DNA of 64,000 bases from Limnochordia bacterium (lineage in GTDB: Bacteria > Bacillota > Limnochordia > DTU080). The stretch spans positions 68,762 through 132,761 of the forward strand of contig JBMNJG010000009.1 in assembly GCA_050951545.1 (NCBI GenBank), written 5' to 3'. Shown one piece after another: positions 61,351 through 64,000 of this stretch. The notes beneath the pieces were generated by a model. It was not told where the DNA came from. It saw only the letters and a program-made list of their open reading frames with translations, and ran no database searches. The stretch's first letter is position 1, and every line of letters begins with the position of its first letter. Made by a program: the position numbers and the translations under genes.

Positions 61351-62709
61351 TTAGCCTACTGCTGTCGTCTTCGCGCCTTCGGACGCCTTTGGCTCTCGAC
61401 TGCGACACCACCATGAGCCTACGGTGAGCACAATCCCCTCTCCTGCATGCCCCAGCAGAGTCGCCACAGAACCGCCCCCGGCACCGAGCCCAGTCAGAAT
61501 CCTGAAGCCAGGGCCGACAGCCAGAGCTACCAAACAGACGTTCATGACCTTGCCCACAAGAAGAACCTTGGTGCGTCGCTGAAGCAACAGGTGCCCAATA
61601 TTCCACTCATGCCAGGCCAGCACCACGGGTAACAGAACCAGCCAACGCATAGTGTCAATGGCACCCGGTACTAGGTTCTCTGGCGTCCCCATCACCCGCC
61701 GTAGCACAACACCAGCCAACGGAGTGAAGGACATCAGGCTGATCACCGCGACACTGCCCAACACGACCACCACAAAGAAGCGGCGAATAGCTTGCGCATT
61801 CTCCGCTCTGCGATCCGCAAAGACCTGTATCGTCTGATGAAGCCCCCAAACCAAAGCAGCAAGCACCCAGACGAGGCTCCAACCCACGGAAAAGGCAGCC
61901 AAAACGTCTGGCGACACGCTCTCGCGGGCCAACCCCGCATTGAGCAACATCCGGCCCAGGTTGGTTATCATACCTGTGCCCAGCAGCGGAGCCAGAAAGG
62001 TAAGGACCGCACGCATGGTGATGCCTGCATGTGTCGACAATTCGTCAGCTGCAGCTGATCGCCAAAAACGCGTCTTGCGTCCCTGCCAAAAGGCAATGAT
62101 CGCCTCAGTACACATCCCTACCAAGAAAGTGATGGCCCCGATTGCCCCGCCCCAGTAAGGCCTAATTCTGACCAACACTGCGATAGCCAGCACCATGACG
62201 ACCAACCGCACGATCATCCCAAACGTAATGAAGCCTGTGCGCTGTTCTCGAATGATGAGACCTTGGAAAAAGCAACGCAGTCCTGATGCCAGCGGCAATA
62301 GCAGGAGAAGCTGAAAGACAAACACAGCTGGTTGCAGAAGCTCAGGCGATACGCGCAATGCGGACCGGTAGATCCAGGAAAGAGCGGGGGTAAGGGAAAG
62401 GATCGCTGCAGCCGCCACTAAGGCAGCCAAGACTATCAGCGCCGTGCGAAAAACCACCCGCGCATCATCTCTACTACGCACCAACGCTACAGTGGAGGAG
62501 CGTAGCATCACCGCCGCGTTCTCGAAAAGTGCCAGCGTAGACATACCCACCGCATAACTGGCTAGGGCCACTTCGGGCTGCAGTGTTCTGGTCAGCCCGA
62601 TGCTGATCACCCAGTGGCTGGAGGCCATGATCACTGAAGTGAACCCTAGGGGCAGATAAAAGCGGCCAAGAGTGGACAAAGCTGGGGTCTTGCTACTCCC
62701 GCGTGACAA
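61351..62709 (-). CDS. MATE/MOP-superfamily-like membrane transporter
   Basis: About 12 TM segments in two similar halves (FYLPLG...ALASYAV / FLAPLL...VLAAFSV); start uncertain within ORF 61351..62826. Confidence 0.72.
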   Translation of the reverse strand: MSRGSSKTPALSTLGRFYLPLGFTSVIMASSHWVISIGLTRTLQPEVALASYAVGMSTLALFENAAVMLRSSTVALVRSRDDARVVFRTALIVLAALVAAAAILSLTPALSWIYRSALRVSPELLQPAVFVFQLLLLLPLASGLRCFFQGLIIREQRTGFITFGMIVRLVVMVLAIAVLVRIRPYWGGAIGAITFLVGMCTEAIIAFWQGRKTRFWRSAAADELSTHAGITMRAVLTFLAPLLGTGMITNLGRMLLNAGLARESVSPDVLAAFSVGWSLVWVLAALVWGLHQTIQVFADRRAENAQAIRRFFVVVVLGSVAVISLMSFTPLAGVVLRRVMGTPENLVPGAIDTMRWLVLLPVVLAWHEWNIGHLLLQRRTKVLLVGKVMNVCLVALAVGPGFRILTGLGAGGGSVATLLGHAGEGIVLTVGSWWCRSREPKASEGAKTTAVG

Positions 62710-62838
62710 CTGCTGCACCCTTAGGCTCACCGTCTTTCCAAGAATAAGTGAAAAGCAACACCTCTCATGAGTACGGGATAGGGGGGCCAGTTCCTGCTTG
62801 AGGCTTGCCCTGCGGAGAGCTACCAATGGATGCCTACT

Positions 62839-63765
62839 CTAGAACACACTTAGGCTCAAAGCCGCGCTGAGGTGTTCGAGCAAAGCGAAACCACCTACAC
62901 TGTTGCCTTTGGCGTCAAGCGCTGGCCCAATAAGTCCAATGCCCATGCGCCTTGGCACACAGGCCATGATGGCCCCGCTGACCCCGCTTTTGGCGGGTAT
63001 GCCCACCCGGATGGCAAACTCACCGGATCTATCGTACATGCCGCAGGTGACCAGGAAGGTGTTTACGATGCGCAGTACTAAGGGCGGAATACTCACTGGC
63101 AAGACATGCGTCAAGACGAGGCCCATATGCGCCAAACCATCGCAGTTGACTTCGAGCGCACACAACCTGATGTACAGATCCACCGCATCCTCAGCGGAGA
63201 CCCTTAGAATGTCCAGTTCCCTCAAGAGATGGGACATGGCTCGGTTCCTATGAGCTGTCTCCCGCTCGCTCCGATACACTGCTTCGTTCACACCAAAGAA
63301 GCCCGGGGCGCACATTTCAGTGGCTAGCTGAGCTAAGTCCTGCCACGCTCGGGCACAGCCAATCCTCTCAATCAGAAGCCCACAGACTGCTATGGCCCCG
63401 GAGTTGATCATAGGATTGAGTGGTCTCGATTCCGTCGCGCTCTCCAACTTGACCAGCGAGTTAAACGGATCGCCAGTCGGTTCCATGCCCACGCGTTCGA
63501 AGACTGTCTCAGGCCCTAGATGCCACAGAGCTAGGGTCAGGGCGATCACCTTGGCTACGCTCTGCAAAGTAAAAGGCGTCGCAGTATCACCTACTGCGAC
63601 GCGTGCCCCCTCTCGGGAGTATATCACAGCCCCCAAACGCAAAGGGTCGGCCTTCGCGAGCTCAGGTATGTAAGTGGCTACACGGCCCTGGCCAAGCACT
63701 GCCTGAGCCCGCTGAAAAGCTTGCCCCAAAGCGAAGGACAACCTCGAACTGCACTCTTCGCCCAT
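62839..63765 (-). CDS. glsA: glutaminase A
   Basis: YIPELAKAD, FTLQSVAK, NPMINSGAI, CGMYD and PAKSGVSG motifs; GAGGAGG RBS. Confidence 0.95.
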   Translation of the reverse strand: MGEECSSRLSFALGQAFQRAQAVLGQGRVATYIPELAKADPLRLGAVIYSREGARVAVGDTATPFTLQSVAKVIALTLALWHLGPETVFERVGMEPTGDPFNSLVKLESATESRPLNPMINSGAIAVCGLLIERIGCARAWQDLAQLATEMCAPGFFGVNEAVYRSERETAHRNRAMSHLLRELDILRVSAEDAVDLYIRLCALEVNCDGLAHMGLVLTHVLPVSIPPLVLRIVNTFLVTCGMYDRSGEFAIRVGIPAKSGVSGAIMACVPRRMGIGLIGPALDAKGNSVGGFALLEHLSAALSLSVF

Positions 63766-64000
63766 GGGGGTCTACCTCCTCGACTTCCGCCTGCCTAGCT
63801 GGTGACCGACACGCTTGCTTCTTCGTGCGCGCTATTCACCAGCTTCGCTGCCAGCTGCCCCAGGTTCTAGTTTGCCCAAGATGCAGTGTCGGCGCATAGC
63901 TTCTGGCTACCCGATGGAGCGAGTGTGCTTGTGCCGTGAGCACCGATTTGCGCAAGACCAATAGAATACCTGTATTCTGAGGTATATAATGGTCTCACAA

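Noticed and set aside
63766-64000. Partial gene at the right edge
   Set aside because: No convincing coding frame; it looks like the upstream region of glsA.

Overview
64 kb GC-rich bacterial window, most consistent with a carbohydrate-scavenging Bacillota lineage (inferred from AGGAGG-type RBSs, SigH-like promoters and SBPs without lipoboxes; a diderm group such as Limnochordia is plausible but not proven). Most of it is sugar and sugar-acid utilisation: eight family-1 solute-binding proteins plus one fragment with no permease or ATPase, three LacI and one GntR/FadR regulators, GH39-like, GH33 sialidase, N-acetylneuraminate lyase-like, heparinase II/III-like, PcRGLX/YetA-like and unclassified glycoside hydrolase-like proteins, two enolase-superfamily enzymes, aldolases, an SDR and glutaminase. 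The unusual region is about 7.5-12.1 kb. It holds a three-copy tandem array of 252-282 bp units directly downstream of a gene for two replication-initiator-like HTH domains fused to a Vsr/DUF559-like nuclease domain (best candidate for an undescribed nuclease-plus-repeat element). Next to it is a class C group II intron inserted behind a terminator, whose RT gene carries an internal ~480 bp inversion and a thumb-region deletion. Several genes show clusters of single-base insertions (probably long-read errors) and others show large internal deletions (probably real decay). No rRNA, tRNA or CRISPR array was seen. All family calls come from motif recognition by eye, without database searches.
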